The translations under genes were made by a program, and so were the position numbers. The notes beneath the pieces are model-generated. The model was not told where the DNA came from, made no database searches, and saw only the letters and a list, made by a program, of their open reading frames with translations. Source: Phycisphaerae bacterium (GTDB lineage Bacteria > Planctomycetota > Phycisphaerae > UBA1845 > Fen-1342). Taken from it: 26,393 nt of DNA. Location: assembly GCA_050115495.1 (NCBI GenBank), contig JASFQK010000054.1, forward strand, positions 1 to 26,393, given 5' to 3'. Positions 1-9,817 of the stretch are shown in pieces. How positions within the stretch are numbered: the first letter of the stretch is position 1; each line of letters begins with the position of its first letter.

Positions 1-124
1 CGCGTCGTTACTCTCGTGCATCGGCGTACTCCTCTGCCCAGCGTGGGCGGCTCGGAACCAATCTTGATCCCGAGAGTACGCCGCCTTTTTTCATCCCGCC
101 ATCAACGAAATTCGGTTATAGCTC
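1..124 (-). mobile_element. IS256-family insertion sequence, left end (IRL 124..97) and transposase start (ATG at 21, MHESNDA..., runs off the window)
   Basis: Minus-strand GAGCTATAACCGAATTTCGTTGATGGCG matches the 26287-26314 terminus GAGCTATTGTCAAAAGTCGTTGATGGCG at 22/28 as an inverted repeat. GAGGAG RBS precedes the ATG at 21. The adjacent gene is cut short at this point. Confidence 0.8.
22..83 (-). promoter_or_regulatory. Inverted repeat overlapping the transposase ribosome-binding region
   Basis: CGGCGTACTC (22-31) is perfectly complementary to GAGTACGCCG (74-83). One arm covers part of the RBS and the spacer up to the ATG. Confidence 0.55.
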
Positions 125-1068
125 CGCAGGTACGGGTCCGCACGCGTCGGCTCAAATAACAGGTACTCCCACGCGTAGCCGGGCCGGATGGAGAGCGCGT
201 ATTCAGTATCCGGGTGATTCCCAAGGTACAGGTTCAGAGCACCTGAGGAGGGAAAGATCGTGAACTGACCGTCGTTTCGCTGGACCGCCAGCGCCGCCGG
301 CAGGGCCAATATCGCGAACCCGGCGGCAGCCGCCAGCGAGGCCGGCGCCACCCTTCGAAGAAAGGCCTGCCACCCAGCGGTGCGCAGGACGGCGTAGAGC
401 AGCCACGCCGTGCCTACTACGACGAATGGCAAAAACGTGGGACGCAGCAGCACGCTCGCAGCGCCGCATACCCCCACGGCCGCCCATGCCCACCAGCGTC
501 GCGGTTCGCTGCCTGTCCAGAGCATGGTCAGCACGAGCAACAGGCCGACGAGTGCCTCCAGTCCCGTGCCCAGCAGTTCGCCCTCGAAGAAGACAAGGGG
601 ACCGCACACGGCCGCCGCCACGCCTGCCACCCAGCCGCTCGCTGCCCCGAACGTGCGGCGTGCGAGCCAAGCCGTGAGAACGCAAGTCAATGCGCCCAGG
701 ATCGCCTGCACGACCTTTGCGGTCCAGATCGAGATGCCGCCGACTCGGTACACCTGAGACAAGAGATAAGGGTAGAGGAACGGCTGGAAGAAGAAGTTGG
801 GCGGCGGCGTTCCCGTTTGCGCCAAACCAGCTGCAAAGGTGTGGTAGCTCAGTGCGTCGTTGGTGGGAGCGTAGAACGTCGGATTATCAAGGCTGTCGAT
901 CAGATAAACCACACGCACAAGCAGCGCCAGGCCAAATACGGCCACGAGCATGAGACCGACGCGTCGGCGACGGCCACGCTGCTCCGGCAGATCGCCGGCA
1001 CTGCGGAAGGGCGGCGTCTCCAACGCCGGATCGTCCGGGCAATCCCGACTCGCGGAGCGTCTCGGCAT
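91..1068 (-). pseudogene. GT-C fold membrane glycosyltransferase (GT39/ArnT/PMT_2-like), 3'-truncated by IS256 at 124/125
   Basis: Multiple TM segments with motifs NDALSYH, FFQPFLYPYLL, FFEGELL, LLRPTFL and LNLYLGN. The last ~10 codons (SYNRISLMAG*) come from IS sequence. Start at ATG 1068 after GAAGGG. Confidence 0.8.
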
Positions 1069-1149
1069 GTGTCCCTTCTCCTCGCGATGACTCACCGGCG
1101 CGAGTGGTTCCGTGCACGATGCGTCGATTCGCCGGACCCGGGGGCCACG

Positions 1150-1608
1150 TTACGCCTGCACGAAGCCGTGCGCCCGCCAGACAACCAGGACGGATTCGTT
1201 CTCGATGCCGTTGAAGCCTCGCTCTGGCCGGCGTCTGTGAAGGAGCAGTTCCGTCCACTGCTCGGAAGGAAGTGGGCCGTCGATATACGTCGCCCCCGCG
1301 CTGCGCACCAAACGCTCCAGGTCGTGCTGCACCGATTCAGTGTACACGCTGACGCACATGCGGGCCGTATCCGGATCTATCGTGCGGATGAGCGACGTCA
1401 CGTTCTCGGGCGTGTGCGTGGCATCCGCAATGAGCGGCGAGTCACGGTCCAGCAACGTGCTGATCTGCCCTTCCACAGACGCCGGCATGCGCAGGAGGGC
1501 GCAGTCGGGGTTCTGCTCGATCCACTCGGCCATTTGCCTAAGCAGGGACTGGCTGGCCTGATAGAGCAACACGCGCTGATGAAACACACACGCATTCATA
1601 ACGGTCAT
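1150..1608 (-). CDS. Stand-alone atypical receiver (CheY-like) domain protein
   Basis: GGAG RBS before ATG 1608. The pattern RVLLY..SLLRQMAEWI..PLIAD..VSVYT..SAGATYIDGP parallels the receiver fold, but the acidic pair and the conserved Lys are missing. Confidence 0.55.
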   Translation of the reverse strand: MTVMNACVFHQRVLLYQASQSLLRQMAEWIEQNPDCALLRMPASVEGQISTLLDRDSPLIADATHTPENVTSLIRTIDPDTARMCVSVYTESVQHDLERLVRSAGATYIDGPLPSEQWTELLLHRRRPERGFNGIENESVLVVWRAHGFVQA

Positions 1609-2023
1609 ACTCCGCCACGATCGACGTGGCCCCGCGCTGCGCCCCGAGCCCGCGGACGGCCGTACCGCCGGCACGCCCCATTGGCGACGCGCCCGGCCGA
1701 GGGCGGCGACGCAAGCGGCCGCACGGCGCTCCCGTCGACCGACGGCGTTGTCCCGGCACGCCCGGCGGTCCTTGCTGACCCGCATCCTTCACGGTCATCA
1801 GTCTGCCACCCGCGGTCACCCGTGCACGATGTAACCGCCAGCAGCGGCGCAGCTTAGCGCGTTCGGGCAGGCAACGCGTCGCCGCCGCCGTCTTGTGGCT
1901 CTGCCTGCGGTTCCGCGTAACGCAATGCGCACCGGAGACCGCGCGGTGCGCAGCCGTCCAAGCCATCCCGGCATGTTGCGGACACTGCGCATCCTGTTCT
2001 CATCGCAACCCATTAATCCCGAC

Positions 2024-2251
2024 CTACGGCTCGCGCATCAACACGGCATCCAGTACGGCACCCGCCCCCGAATCGGCAAGGGACGCCCCCTCGGAGAACG
2101 CGGGCACACCGTTGCCGAGTGCACTGCGGTACAGGCCCGTGCGGCGTTCCAACTCGGCGTTCACGGCGGCGCGGCAGTCCACGTTGCCGGCCAGTACCGC
2201 CAGTAGCCGCAATTCCGTGTCATGAAGTGTTCGCAGACTGTGGTCGGACAT
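2024..2251 (-). CDS. Small hypothetical protein (75 aa, MSDHSLRTLHDTELRLL...)
   Basis: Helical-looking composition, GGAGTAAGG upstream, and position downstream of a sigma-54 promoter. Start is uncertain (ORF is open to 2410). Confidence 0.4.
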   Translation of the reverse strand: MSDHSLRTLHDTELRLLAVLAGNVDCRAAVNAELERRTGLYRSALGNGVPAFSEGASLADSGAGAVLDAVLMREP

Positions 2252-2405
2252 AAGCGGCTGCCTTACTCCCAGCAATCCCTGTCTCGCGTCAGCTCTCGCA
2301 CATGCGGCGGTCAAAGCCCGAAACAAAACAGCGAGTTGCGACGCCGCGCGGTCGCGCCGACGCCTCGCACCCGGACAGGCTCTGCCAAGCCACGACCATG
2401 TATCC

Positions 2406-2421
2406 TGCAAGATTCGCGCCG
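2406..2421 (-). promoter_or_regulatory. Sigma-54 (-24/-12) promoter
   Basis: CGGCGCGAATCTTGCA = GG-N10-GC with TTGCA. An IHF-like TCAA-N4-TTG lies at 2448-2458 and a palindromic motif ~100 bp upstream. Confidence 0.65.
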
Positions 2422-2520
2422 TGAGCTTGCCAACGCTCGATCTTGCGTCAACTCGTTGTGCCGGCCGCCGTTAGCTGCTCCTGCCCATGCAAACGTTTTG
2501 TTGGGGTCTTGTCAGGCGCG

Positions 2521-2538
2521 GCGCGTGGCGCGGCGCGC
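2521..2538. promoter_or_regulatory. 18-bp palindromic motif copy (candidate enhancer/UAS)
   Basis: GCGCGTGGCGCGGCGCGC, 16/18 to the 3922-3939 copy; intergenic. Confidence 0.4.
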
Positions 2539-2572
2539 GCTGCAGTTCATGACATTGTCGTTATGAATGTGC

Positions 2573-3499
2573 TCAGGTAATGCCATACCGCTGCATCTTG
2601 CGCAGAAGCGTGCCCCGATGTATTCGCAGCATTTCCGCAGCGCGCGTGCGATTGTGCTCAGTCGCTTCGAGCGCCTTCAGGATCAGTGCCCGCTCCGCGT
2701 CCCCGGGCGCCACGTCACTCAGGCAGGCCGTTCTTGGCCGAGATACGAGTGCGGACGTCGAGGTGGCCAATGCCAGGACGAGCAGTTCTGGAGCCATCCC
2801 CGTCGCGTATAGCTGTCTGACCCACACGGCCAGTTCACGCACGTTTCCCGGCCATGCATACGCCCGGAGCTGCTCGCGAACGATCCCGCCGATCCGCACG
2901 ATGGGCCGCGCGAAGCGCCGGGCGTACGTCACGAGGAAGTGATCGAGCAGAGGCAATATGTCATCGGGTCGCGCCCGCAGCGGAGGCACGTAGATATGAA
3001 CGCGGTTCAAACACTCGTATAAGTCTGTGTGAAGGGCACGCCGCTGCACATCCTCAAGCAGATCACACCTGGTCGTCACCACACAGCGCACGTCCACGCC
3101 TACCGCAGAACTTCCGCCGACCGGTGTGAGCCGCTTTTCCCGGAGCAGGTGCGCGAGCTGCAACTGCAGATCCAACGATAACTCGTTGACATTGGCAACG
3201 TACAGGGTGCCCTGGTCCGCGCAGCGTATGACGCCGAGCGTCGCGAGTTCCCGCCCGAGTAACTGCGCTGCGCCATCCGCCAGACGGAGGTCGGCGCAGT
3301 CAACCGGCACAAACGGCTGGGCAGCGCGGGGGCTTCGCTCGTGCAGGCGCCGCGCGAGCAGCTTCTTGCCGGTACCGGCATCACCCTCGAGCAGCACCGG
3401 GCAGTCGTTCCCGGCGACCTCGTCGAGCACGGTCAGCACGTTGGTCATCACCGGTGACTCGGCGACAATCTCACAGGCTTCATGAATTCCCGCCGCCAT
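2573..3499 (-). CDS. Degenerate sigma-54 enhancer-binding protein (AAA+ plus Fis-type HTH, no sensory domain), predicted catalytically inactive
   Basis: Walker A GDAGTGK, WPGNVREL and HTH NRTRAAEMLRIHRGTLLRKM are kept. The GAFTGA loop is deleted, Walker B reads LYVANV and the Arg fingers are lost (LHTDLYECL). ATG 3499 follows GGAG. Confidence 0.9.
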   Translation of the reverse strand: MAAGIHEACEIVAESPVMTNVLTVLDEVAGNDCPVLLEGDAGTGKKLLARRLHERSPRAAQPFVPVDCADLRLADGAAQLLGRELATLGVIRCADQGTLYVANVNELSLDLQLQLAHLLREKRLTPVGGSSAVGVDVRCVVTTRCDLLEDVQRRALHTDLYECLNRVHIYVPPLRARPDDILPLLDHFLVTYARRFARPIVRIGGIVREQLRAYAWPGNVRELAVWVRQLYATGMAPELLVLALATSTSALVSRPRTACLSDVAPGDAERALILKALEATEHNRTRAAEMLRIHRGTLLRKMQRYGIT

Positions 3500-3597
3500 T
3501 GCGCACTCCCGCCACTCGCCTGGTTCATCGATCTGCCGACGGGCGCGTCGCCGGCGACTGTCCGCCGCCACAGTGGCGCACCAGCCATGCCGTAGCG

Positions 3598-3615
3598 CCG
3601 CGCGGCGTCGCGCGC
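3598..3615. promoter_or_regulatory. 18-bp palindromic motif copy
   Basis: CCGCGCGGCGTCGCGCGC, 16/18 to the 3922-3939 copy. Confidence 0.35.
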
Positions 3616-3712
3616 GTTCTGGTGTGCGCCACAGGCCAGCTTTGCCCCTCTTGCCACCGATCTGTTCTCATGCACGCTTGCCCGCGTTGAGCCATGCTGC
3701 TCCTCTTGCCAC

Positions 3713-3728
3713 TGCATCATAGGCGCCG
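3713..3728 (-). promoter_or_regulatory. Candidate sigma-54 promoter for the degenerate bEBP
   Basis: CGGCGCCTATGATGCA, GG-N10-GC, imperfect match to TGGCACG-N4-TTGC. Confidence 0.4.
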
Positions 3729-3871
3729 GTTGCTCACGCCCGCAACCCGCGGTCCGAAATACGATGCAGCACACCGGTCGGGACGCCGTGGCGCATTCGG
3801 GGCACCGACACCACGCCACACACCACATAGCGTGGGCCTCCGCGGGCGTTCGCGTCCGGCACAGCACCGAG

Positions 3872-3888
3872 TGGCACGCAGCGTGCCG
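3872..3888. promoter_or_regulatory. Palindromic GG-N10-GC site readable on both strands
   Basis: TGGCACGCAGCGTGCCG, i.e. inverted repeat GGCACGC-A-GCGTGCC. Confidence 0.35.
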
Positions 3889-3915
3889 ACCGTCATAGCG
3901 AACGCGCAGGGATGT

Positions 3916-3945
3916 AGCGCCGCGCGCGGCGCCGCGCGCGGCGCT
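3916..3945. repeat. Perfect 30-bp palindrome containing the 18-bp motif (3922-3939)
   Basis: AGCGCCGCGCGCGGCGCCGCGCGCGGCGCT equals its own reverse complement. Confidence 0.85.
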
Positions 3946-4336
3946 CTGTTTGTGGCGAGCGGCGCGCTGCAGTACATGTAGCATGGTGGCGCGCACGCAC
4001 CAGTCAGGAATACGGGAGAACGAGTGTGGCGTAGTGCCATTGTATTGACTGGCGCAGGCGTGGCGGCTATTCTCACGCAGGAACACAGTGCCGGGGTCTA
4101 CCTGGTCACGCGGGCCGGCAACGACTGCAGGTGTGTATTACCAGCGGTGTATGCTATACCACAGCCGCGCAGTGACCGGTGGCATGTTGACTGATGAGAT
4201 CAGATGTTATTGATGGGTGCGGGGACAGGAAGAACCGTTGCAGGCGCGCGGGCCGGCGCAGGCCACGTTGGCGCGTGCATACACAGCATGACAAGTATAT
4301 CGAGCCTTAGCCAGTAGGCAACAGGAGAGTAGCACA

Positions 4337-5326
4337 ATGAGACAGCGTGCGCGGTCCGCGTTTACCTTGATTGAGTTGCTGGTGGTCGTGGCGATTATTG
4401 CCGTTCTGCTGTCGATTCTGCTGCCTGCTCTGGGCGGGGCGCGACGACTGGCGCAGCGTGTCCAGTGCGCCACGAGACAGAAGGGGCTGGGTATGGCGTG
4501 CGCGCTGTTTCGAGATGAGCACGACGGGTACTTCCCGATGGCCGACGATGACTCGGAGATCCATGACGGGATAGCGCTGCTGCCGTACTCCCTCCAGGAC
4601 CTTCTGCAAGGATCCACCTCGTTCCGGGATCACCGTTTGTGCTGGGTGTTCGCGCTGGATCCGTACTTCAGCGTACCGGTGACGCCACCGGGTGATGTGT
4701 GGAAGCCGACGAGCGCGCTGCAATGGCTGGAGGTCAAGCAGTGTCCGAGTTGGTCGCAACTGCCCAGCGAGCGACGGTTCGGCGATTCGACCCCGCATCC
4801 GACGCGTCTGGAAATCAACTTCACCATCGGCATGAACGCGTACTTCATGCGCGGTGATGATTTCAACAACATTCCGAATTCCGGGCACCGCGACCATGCA
4901 ACACGGACGGCGCAGCTCATCGTGGCCGAGGAGTCGGAAATCAAGTACCCGGCGCGCACGGTGTTGTTCGCGGACAAGTTCGCGTACGACATCACGGGCG
5001 CGTATCGCGATGCGGATCCCAACGTCGGTGTCCGTGACGAAGAGCCGTATGTCTTCCCGAGCATTATCGGCATCCGCCATGGGGACCGTGGAAGCAACAT
5101 CGCGTTCGTCGACGGACACGTGGAATGGGCGGTGCAGGAGACGCAGAAGTGGGTGAGCGCGGCGACGGGGGCGTCCCTGCCCATCTCGGTGTGGTACGAG
5201 GAAGTGGCCGATCCGACCTGCCGAAATGATCCGCTGATGGGCGAGGATGCCCAGGAATATACGTATCAGGAACGTGATCCACGGCAGCGTTTCATCTGGA
5301 ACTGGCAGCAGCCCTGCAACCAGTGA
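4337..5326 (+). CDS. Prepilin-type N-terminal cleavage/methylation protein with C-terminal H-X9-DG motif (DUF1559-like)
   Basis: [25 protein letters not shown] at the N-terminus, RHGDRGSNIAFVDGHVE near the C-terminus, AGGAG RBS. Confidence 0.92.
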   Translation: MRQRARSAFTLIELLVVVAIIAVLLSILLPALGGARRLAQRVQCATRQKGLGMACALFRDEHDGYFPMADDDSEIHDGIALLPYSLQDLLQGSTSFRDHRLCWVFALDPYFSVPVTPPGDVWKPTSALQWLEVKQCPSWSQLPSERRFGDSTPHPTRLEINFTIGMNAYFMRGDDFNNIPNSGHRDHATRTAQLIVAEESEIKYPARTVLFADKFAYDITGAYRDADPNVGVRDEEPYVFPSIIGIRHGDRGSNIAFVDGHVEWAVQETQKWVSAATGASLPISVWYEEVADPTCRNDPLMGEDAQEYTYQERDPRQRFIWNWQQPCNQ

Positions 5327-5386
5327 AGAACGGCGCGGGGACCGGCGGCCGCTCGCGGGCCTACGGTTCGGCGGGGAGAGCGGCGT

Positions 5387-7633
5387 CTACGGAGCGCGGT
5401 CGAGCTTCCGCAATTGTGCAGTGAGACGCTCGATGAGCTGCGTGTCACGGCGCTGCCGGGCGAGCATAAGTGCCCGCTCCGTCGCCTGGCGGGCTTCGCC
5501 GGTGGCCCGGTTCCGCAGGTGAATGTAACAGAGCTGCAGCCACAGGCGAAGGTCCTCGCGGTGCTGGAGAGCCTCCTGCGCTACGGCTGCGGCCTCGTTG
5601 TGCTTGCGTTTCATCAGCAGAAATTGCACGAGCGTCAGGGCGGCTTCCACATCTTCGGGGGCTTCGGCGTGTCGCGTGCGCAGGGCGTCCGTCGCCTCCG
5701 TCAGGATCAGATTCTGCGTGCGCGGCGTGGCGAGCGGCTGAAAGTCGAAAGCCGGGAAGCGTGCCCGCGCGGCAGGGGCGCGCTGCGGCAAGACCACCAG
5801 AAAGTACCAGCCCTCGCCGGCGTCGGCCACGTACGGCGCATCGGCGGCCCGCGGATCGCTGCGGAGCGAGGCCTGCACCCACCGTGGCCACGCGGGGTCC
5901 GTAATGCGCATCAACAGGTGTGTCGGCCCCTGCGCCCAGAGATCGACACCTTGTTTCCGGGCATGCGCCAGAGTGGCGCGTTTGCCGTGGGCGACCAGAC
6001 GCTGCGAGAGGAACGGTTGCCGGGCAACCTCCCGGTCGTTCAGTCCCAGCCGGTCCAGCGTCGGCAGTCCGCTGAAATACGGTATCGCACCGACACCATC
6101 CAGGGCGATCTGCGTATCGCGGGGTAGGCGTCCTTCCTCCACAAGCGACGCCAGGCGGAGGCCCTCGTCGCGCAAGTCGTGCAGCAGCGCGGCGTGTTCC
6201 TCCTGTCGAATGTTCGCTGCGCACGCCCGGACGTAGGCTGAACAGGCGCAATACTGCTCGCCGGCTGCCCGCAGGGGCCACCAGCGGTACAGGGGATCTT
6301 CATCCGGCCACCAGGGGGCGATCGTCCCCGCGCCGTGCAGCAGACCTCGATACCGCAGGTGCATTTGTGCGGGTAGCCACGTGATGCCCGCCGCGACGAC
6401 GAGCAGATATAGGGCCACGACGGCCTGCCGCCACCACTTGTGCCCGGAGATCAGGCAGGCCCCTTCGAAGACGAGCAGGTACAGAAGCGGGAAGTAGAGC
6501 GTCAACGGGCGAAACTCGAAGTGGTCCCCGCCAATGGAGGCGATGTAGAGCGCGTGTCCGCCGACGACGAGGAGGAGCAGGACCGGAGTGGCGGCGCGGT
6601 GCTGGCGGATGGCGTGCACGATGCCGGCGACGACCAGCGGAACCCAAAGGTAGGCGGCGTATTCCAGCGCGGCCGTGGTCAGGTATGCGCCGCCGACGGA
6701 CCACCAGGTCTGGCCGTCGACCTTCGCGTAGTACGTGTTCGGCAGCCAGTCCCCGTAGTAATACAGGCGAAAGCACGCCTGGGCGCCGACCAGCAGTGCC
6801 AGGGTACCCCCGTGGGCCAGGCAGTACCGCAAGTTGGCGCGGCGATAGACCAGGAGAACGGCGAATGCTCCGCCCGTCACCAGCAGAGCGATGAGCACGC
6901 CGTCCGGCCGGGTCAGCGAGGCCAGCGCCAGCAGCAATGCGGCGACTGGTCGGGCACCCCGTTGCGCCAGCAGGCGCTGCAACTCGACCAACTGCCGCAG
7001 CACGCCGGCCACGACCAGCAATTCGAACCAGCGCGTCTCCAGCCCGCTCGTCGCCCAGACGGCGACGCTGCGCGTGATGGCGAGCAGCCCCAGCGGGACC
7101 AACACGAGCCAGCGCGGCGCTGTGGGGGGAACGTGGTGGTATGCGTACCAGGCCAGCGCCCCCCACAGCAGAACCGTCGCCGCGATGGACAGCACGTTGG
7201 CGGTGTACTCGGGAGCGATACCGAGGGCGGCGGGTATCGACAGCAGTATCACCCACAGGAAGTTCGTGTAACCCTCCACCGGCGGCCGCCCCGGGTTGAA
7301 AACCAGGCCATGGCCATTGACGAGATTCTGCACGTAGCGAAACGAGATGTAAGCGTCATCACACATGAAGCGGTAGTACAGCACGTGAGCGAGGAGCAAC
7401 AGCAACGTTGTTGCGGCGAGGCAGTCTGCGGTTCGTCGCCAGCGCGTGCGCGGGAGCACAGGGGTCGGCTGTGCGGGGGACAGCGACTCGCTCGTAGTGA
7501 GCATTGGCGCCGCACTGGGGAGTTGCGGCAAGCGATCACACGGCGCCGCCGGCTCAGAGAGGCTGTCGCACACGCGTGGCGCACCGTCTGCTGGTTCTGG
7601 CGGTTGTTCAATCGGATTTTGCTCGTTCCACAC
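5387..7633 (-). CDS. GT-C-type membrane glycosyltransferase (arabinofuranosyltransferase-like) with TPR-like helical C-terminus
   Basis: [62 protein letters not shown] and many TM helices. Start codon uncertain. Confidence 0.8.
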   Translation of the reverse strand: MWNEQNPIEQPPEPADGAPRVCDSLSEPAAPCDRLPQLPSAAPMLTTSESLSPAQPTPVLPRTRWRRTADCLAATTLLLLLAHVLYYRFMCDDAYISFRYVQNLVNGHGLVFNPGRPPVEGYTNFLWVILLSIPAALGIAPEYTANVLSIAATVLLWGALAWYAYHHVPPTAPRWLVLVPLGLLAITRSVAVWATSGLETRWFELLVVAGVLRQLVELQRLLAQRGARPVAALLLALASLTRPDGVLIALLVTGGAFAVLLVYRRANLRYCLAHGGTLALLVGAQACFRLYYYGDWLPNTYYAKVDGQTWWSVGGAYLTTAALEYAAYLWVPLVVAGIVHAIRQHRAATPVLLLLVVGGHALYIASIGGDHFEFRPLTLYFPLLYLLVFEGACLISGHKWWRQAVVALYLLVVAAGITWLPAQMHLRYRGLLHGAGTIAPWWPDEDPLYRWWPLRAAGEQYCACSAYVRACAANIRQEEHAALLHDLRDEGLRLASLVEEGRLPRDTQIALDGVGAIPYFSGLPTLDRLGLNDREVARQPFLSQRLVAHGKRATLAHARKQGVDLWAQGPTHLLMRITDPAWPRWVQASLRSDPRAADAPYVADAGEGWYFLVVLPQRAPAARARFPAFDFQPLATPRTQNLILTEATDALRTRHAEAPEDVEAALTLVQFLLMKRKHNEAAAVAQEALQHREDLRLWLQLCYIHLRNRATGEARQATERALMLARQRRDTQLIERLTAQLRKLDRAP

Positions 7634-7994
7634 TCATTCACCCCTCTCGCTATCCGGCGCGACTTCGCGCGATGGCCTGCCAAGCTGCCGCACGCCGTGG
7701 CATCGAATGTGCGGTCTCCTGGCCACGATCACTCGCTGCGCTGGGCGTCGAGCACAGCGTTCAGCAGCCCGCCGCAGCGCGCCTCGCCCGGGAGCGGTAG
7801 CGGGCTGTCGCGCAGCGCTGTCACGTGCCCCTTTCGCACGCCGGCTTGCGCGCCACGCCATACCGGCCCACGAAACACAGCGGCGAGCATGCGGCGTGCC
7901 ACGGCACGTTCGAGCGGGATCTGGGCCGCGGGCGAGGATCACCAGCGGTATTGCGCCGGCCGGAGCATGGCCGCGTACGACGTGCACGCAGGAC

Positions 7995-8016
7995 TGTCGC
8001 GCGCAGCGCCGCGCGC
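7995..8016. promoter_or_regulatory. 18-bp palindromic motif copy with TGTC flank
   Basis: TGTC-GCGCGCAGCGCCGCGCGC. The core is the exact reverse complement of 12194-12211. Lies in a divergent intergenic region. Confidence 0.5.
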
Positions 8017-8234
8017 TGAGACAGAGAGACTGGGTGTGGCCGGCGGCAGCAAGGAGCTTAGCGCGAATATCGTGCACTCGGCACAGGGATTTAAAGGCTC
8101 AAGGGTATTCTGCAATGTGATTGGGGACGGATGTGTCCGGGGAACTGCTTGTCACCGCACAGAGGGTTCGACTGGTGCGCTGACTCGCCGGGCCGGATCG
8201 CGAGTGCTGGGCGAGCTCCTGTGGAGGGTGCTTG

Positions 8235-9587
8235 ATGAAGACGCGGACCAGGCAGGCGGTTGTGGGTGGGATCATCCTCGCGTACGTGCTGATCGGGTGT
8301 CCCGACGAGCGAAGCGCTGTCGCCGACGAAGTCGTGCGCTTCATGACTTACAACGCGCACATGTCGGGATTCACACCACCGTACGATCTCGCGTACATGC
8401 TGAGTACGCCTGACCGGCCGGCGTTCCGCAATCTGGCGCACGTCGTGCAGACGCTGCGTCCCGACGTGCTCGCGCTTGACGAATTCGATTTCGACGAGAG
8501 CGGTACGGCGGCAGCTCTGTTCCAGGCGAATTACCTGTCGGTTAGTCAGTCCACGCCGTACACCGGGACCACCGAGCCGATTGAGTACCCGTACGTGTAC
8601 CTCGCTCCTTCGAACACGGGCATTTCGGCGGGGCATGACTTCGACAACAACGGGGTTATCGTGACCACGCCGGGCTCTGCCGGCTACGGGGACGACTGCT
8701 TCGGGTTCGGGGACTACGAAGGCGAGTACGGAATGCTCCTGCTGTCGCAGTACCCGATTCTCGATGACCAGGTGCGCACGTTCCAGTTGTTCAAGTGGAA
8801 GGACCTGCCGAATGCGGACCGTCCGCCGTGGCCGGGCGAGCCAGACCCGTATTGGTACTCGGACGCCGAATGGGATGACTTTCGCCTGTCATCGAAGAGC
8901 CACTGGGACGTCCCCATTGCCGTCGCCGGGCACGTGGTGCACGTGCTGATGTGCCATCCCACGCCGCCGGTCTTCGACGAGGACGCTCCGGACGAGACTG
9001 ACTATAACGGACGACGCAACTTCGAGGAGATTCGCTTCTGGGTGGCGTACGTGGACGGCCTGTCCGTCGCGGACGACCTGGGGCTAAGCGCGGCGTTGCC
9101 GGGAAACGCGGAGTTCGTGGTTCTCGGCGACATGAACGCCGACCCGGACAGCGATGGCCGGCCGGGCGCTTCAGAGCAGTTGACCGAGCACCCCCGGATC
9201 ATCGACCCAGCTCCTGTCGGGCTCGGCGGCGACGTAACGTATGGCGGCTGGCGTCTTGATTATGCGCTGCCGGCGGCGCACATGACCGTGCTGGGCGGTG
9301 GTGTGCTCAACGACTTCGTGGATCTCAGCAGCCCGTGGATGTATGTGTACCCGCGTCCTTCTGATCATTACCCCGTATGGGTTGACGTTCTGCTGCGCGA
9401 CCCCCACATTGAGGCTGACCTCAATGCGGATTGCGCCGTCGGCGACGACGATCTCGCTATCCTGCTGGGGGCGTGGGGCACGGATGATCCGATCGCCGAC
9501 ATCAACGGAGATCGCACGGTTGACAATGAGGACCTCGGCCTCCTGCTGAGCGCCTGGGGCAACGAGTGCGGCACAGGGGCACCGTGA
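8235..9587 (+). CDS. Secreted endonuclease/exonuclease/phosphatase (EEP) family hydrolase with C-terminal dockerin/EF-hand-like repeats
   Basis: Signal peptide; RFMTYN, PDVLALDEFD, RLSSKSHWDVP, HPTPPVFD, GDMNADP, SDHYPVWVD; tail ADLNADCAVGDDDLAILLGAWG / ADINGDRTVDNEDLGLLLSAWG. GGAGGG RBS. Confidence 0.9.
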   Translation: MKTRTRQAVVGGIILAYVLIGCPDERSAVADEVVRFMTYNAHMSGFTPPYDLAYMLSTPDRPAFRNLAHVVQTLRPDVLALDEFDFDESGTAAALFQANYLSVSQSTPYTGTTEPIEYPYVYLAPSNTGISAGHDFDNNGVIVTTPGSAGYGDDCFGFGDYEGEYGMLLLSQYPILDDQVRTFQLFKWKDLPNADRPPWPGEPDPYWYSDAEWDDFRLSSKSHWDVPIAVAGHVVHVLMCHPTPPVFDEDAPDETDYNGRRNFEEIRFWVAYVDGLSVADDLGLSAALPGNAEFVVLGDMNADPDSDGRPGASEQLTEHPRIIDPAPVGLGGDVTYGGWRLDYALPAAHMTVLGGGVLNDFVDLSSPWMYVYPRPSDHYPVWVDVLLRDPHIEADLNADCAVGDDDLAILLGAWGTDDPIADINGDRTVDNEDLGLLLSAWGNECGTGAP

Positions 9588-9817
9588 GACCAGGAGGGTG
9601 AACGGAGTGGCGACGGCGTCTGTACGAAACGCCGGATGCGCCAGGGACTCGCTCAACGAAACGAACGCAGCACACCGGCGGCTCGATGGCCTGGACACGA
9701 GGCTATATGCCCACCGGGCGACCCGAGCCTCGCGTGCCTCCTCGTGGCGAGCGACCTTGAGACGAGGGCGAGCGTACTGCAGGCGCCGATGGAAGGCGCG
9801 TACGGAACGGTGATGTC

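Noticed and set aside
1..93. Frame stays open for 30 codons after the TGA of the glycosyltransferase, suggesting stop read-through or recoding
   Set aside because: The downstream sequence is IS256 left-end DNA, not membrane-protein-like; other genes here end normally at TGA.
817..1857. 346-aa plus-strand ORF
   Set aside because: Antisense shadow of two better-supported genes; Arg/Ala-rich with no motifs.
3525..3695. 56-aa minus-strand ORF with GAGGAG upstream
   Set aside because: Low-complexity composition, crosses a candidate regulatory palindrome, and its RBS overlaps the predicted TSS.
4227..4242. AGGAAGAACCGTTGCA as sigma-54 promoter for 4337
   Set aside because: Correct spacing but a poor -24 half.
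6440..8413. 657-aa plus-strand ORF
   Set aside because: Antisense to the GT-C gene; typical high-GC shadow frame.
9766..9781. GGGCGAGCGTACTGCA as sigma-54 promoter for the intact bEBP
   Set aside because: Only the GG/GC core matches; expected by chance at this GC content.
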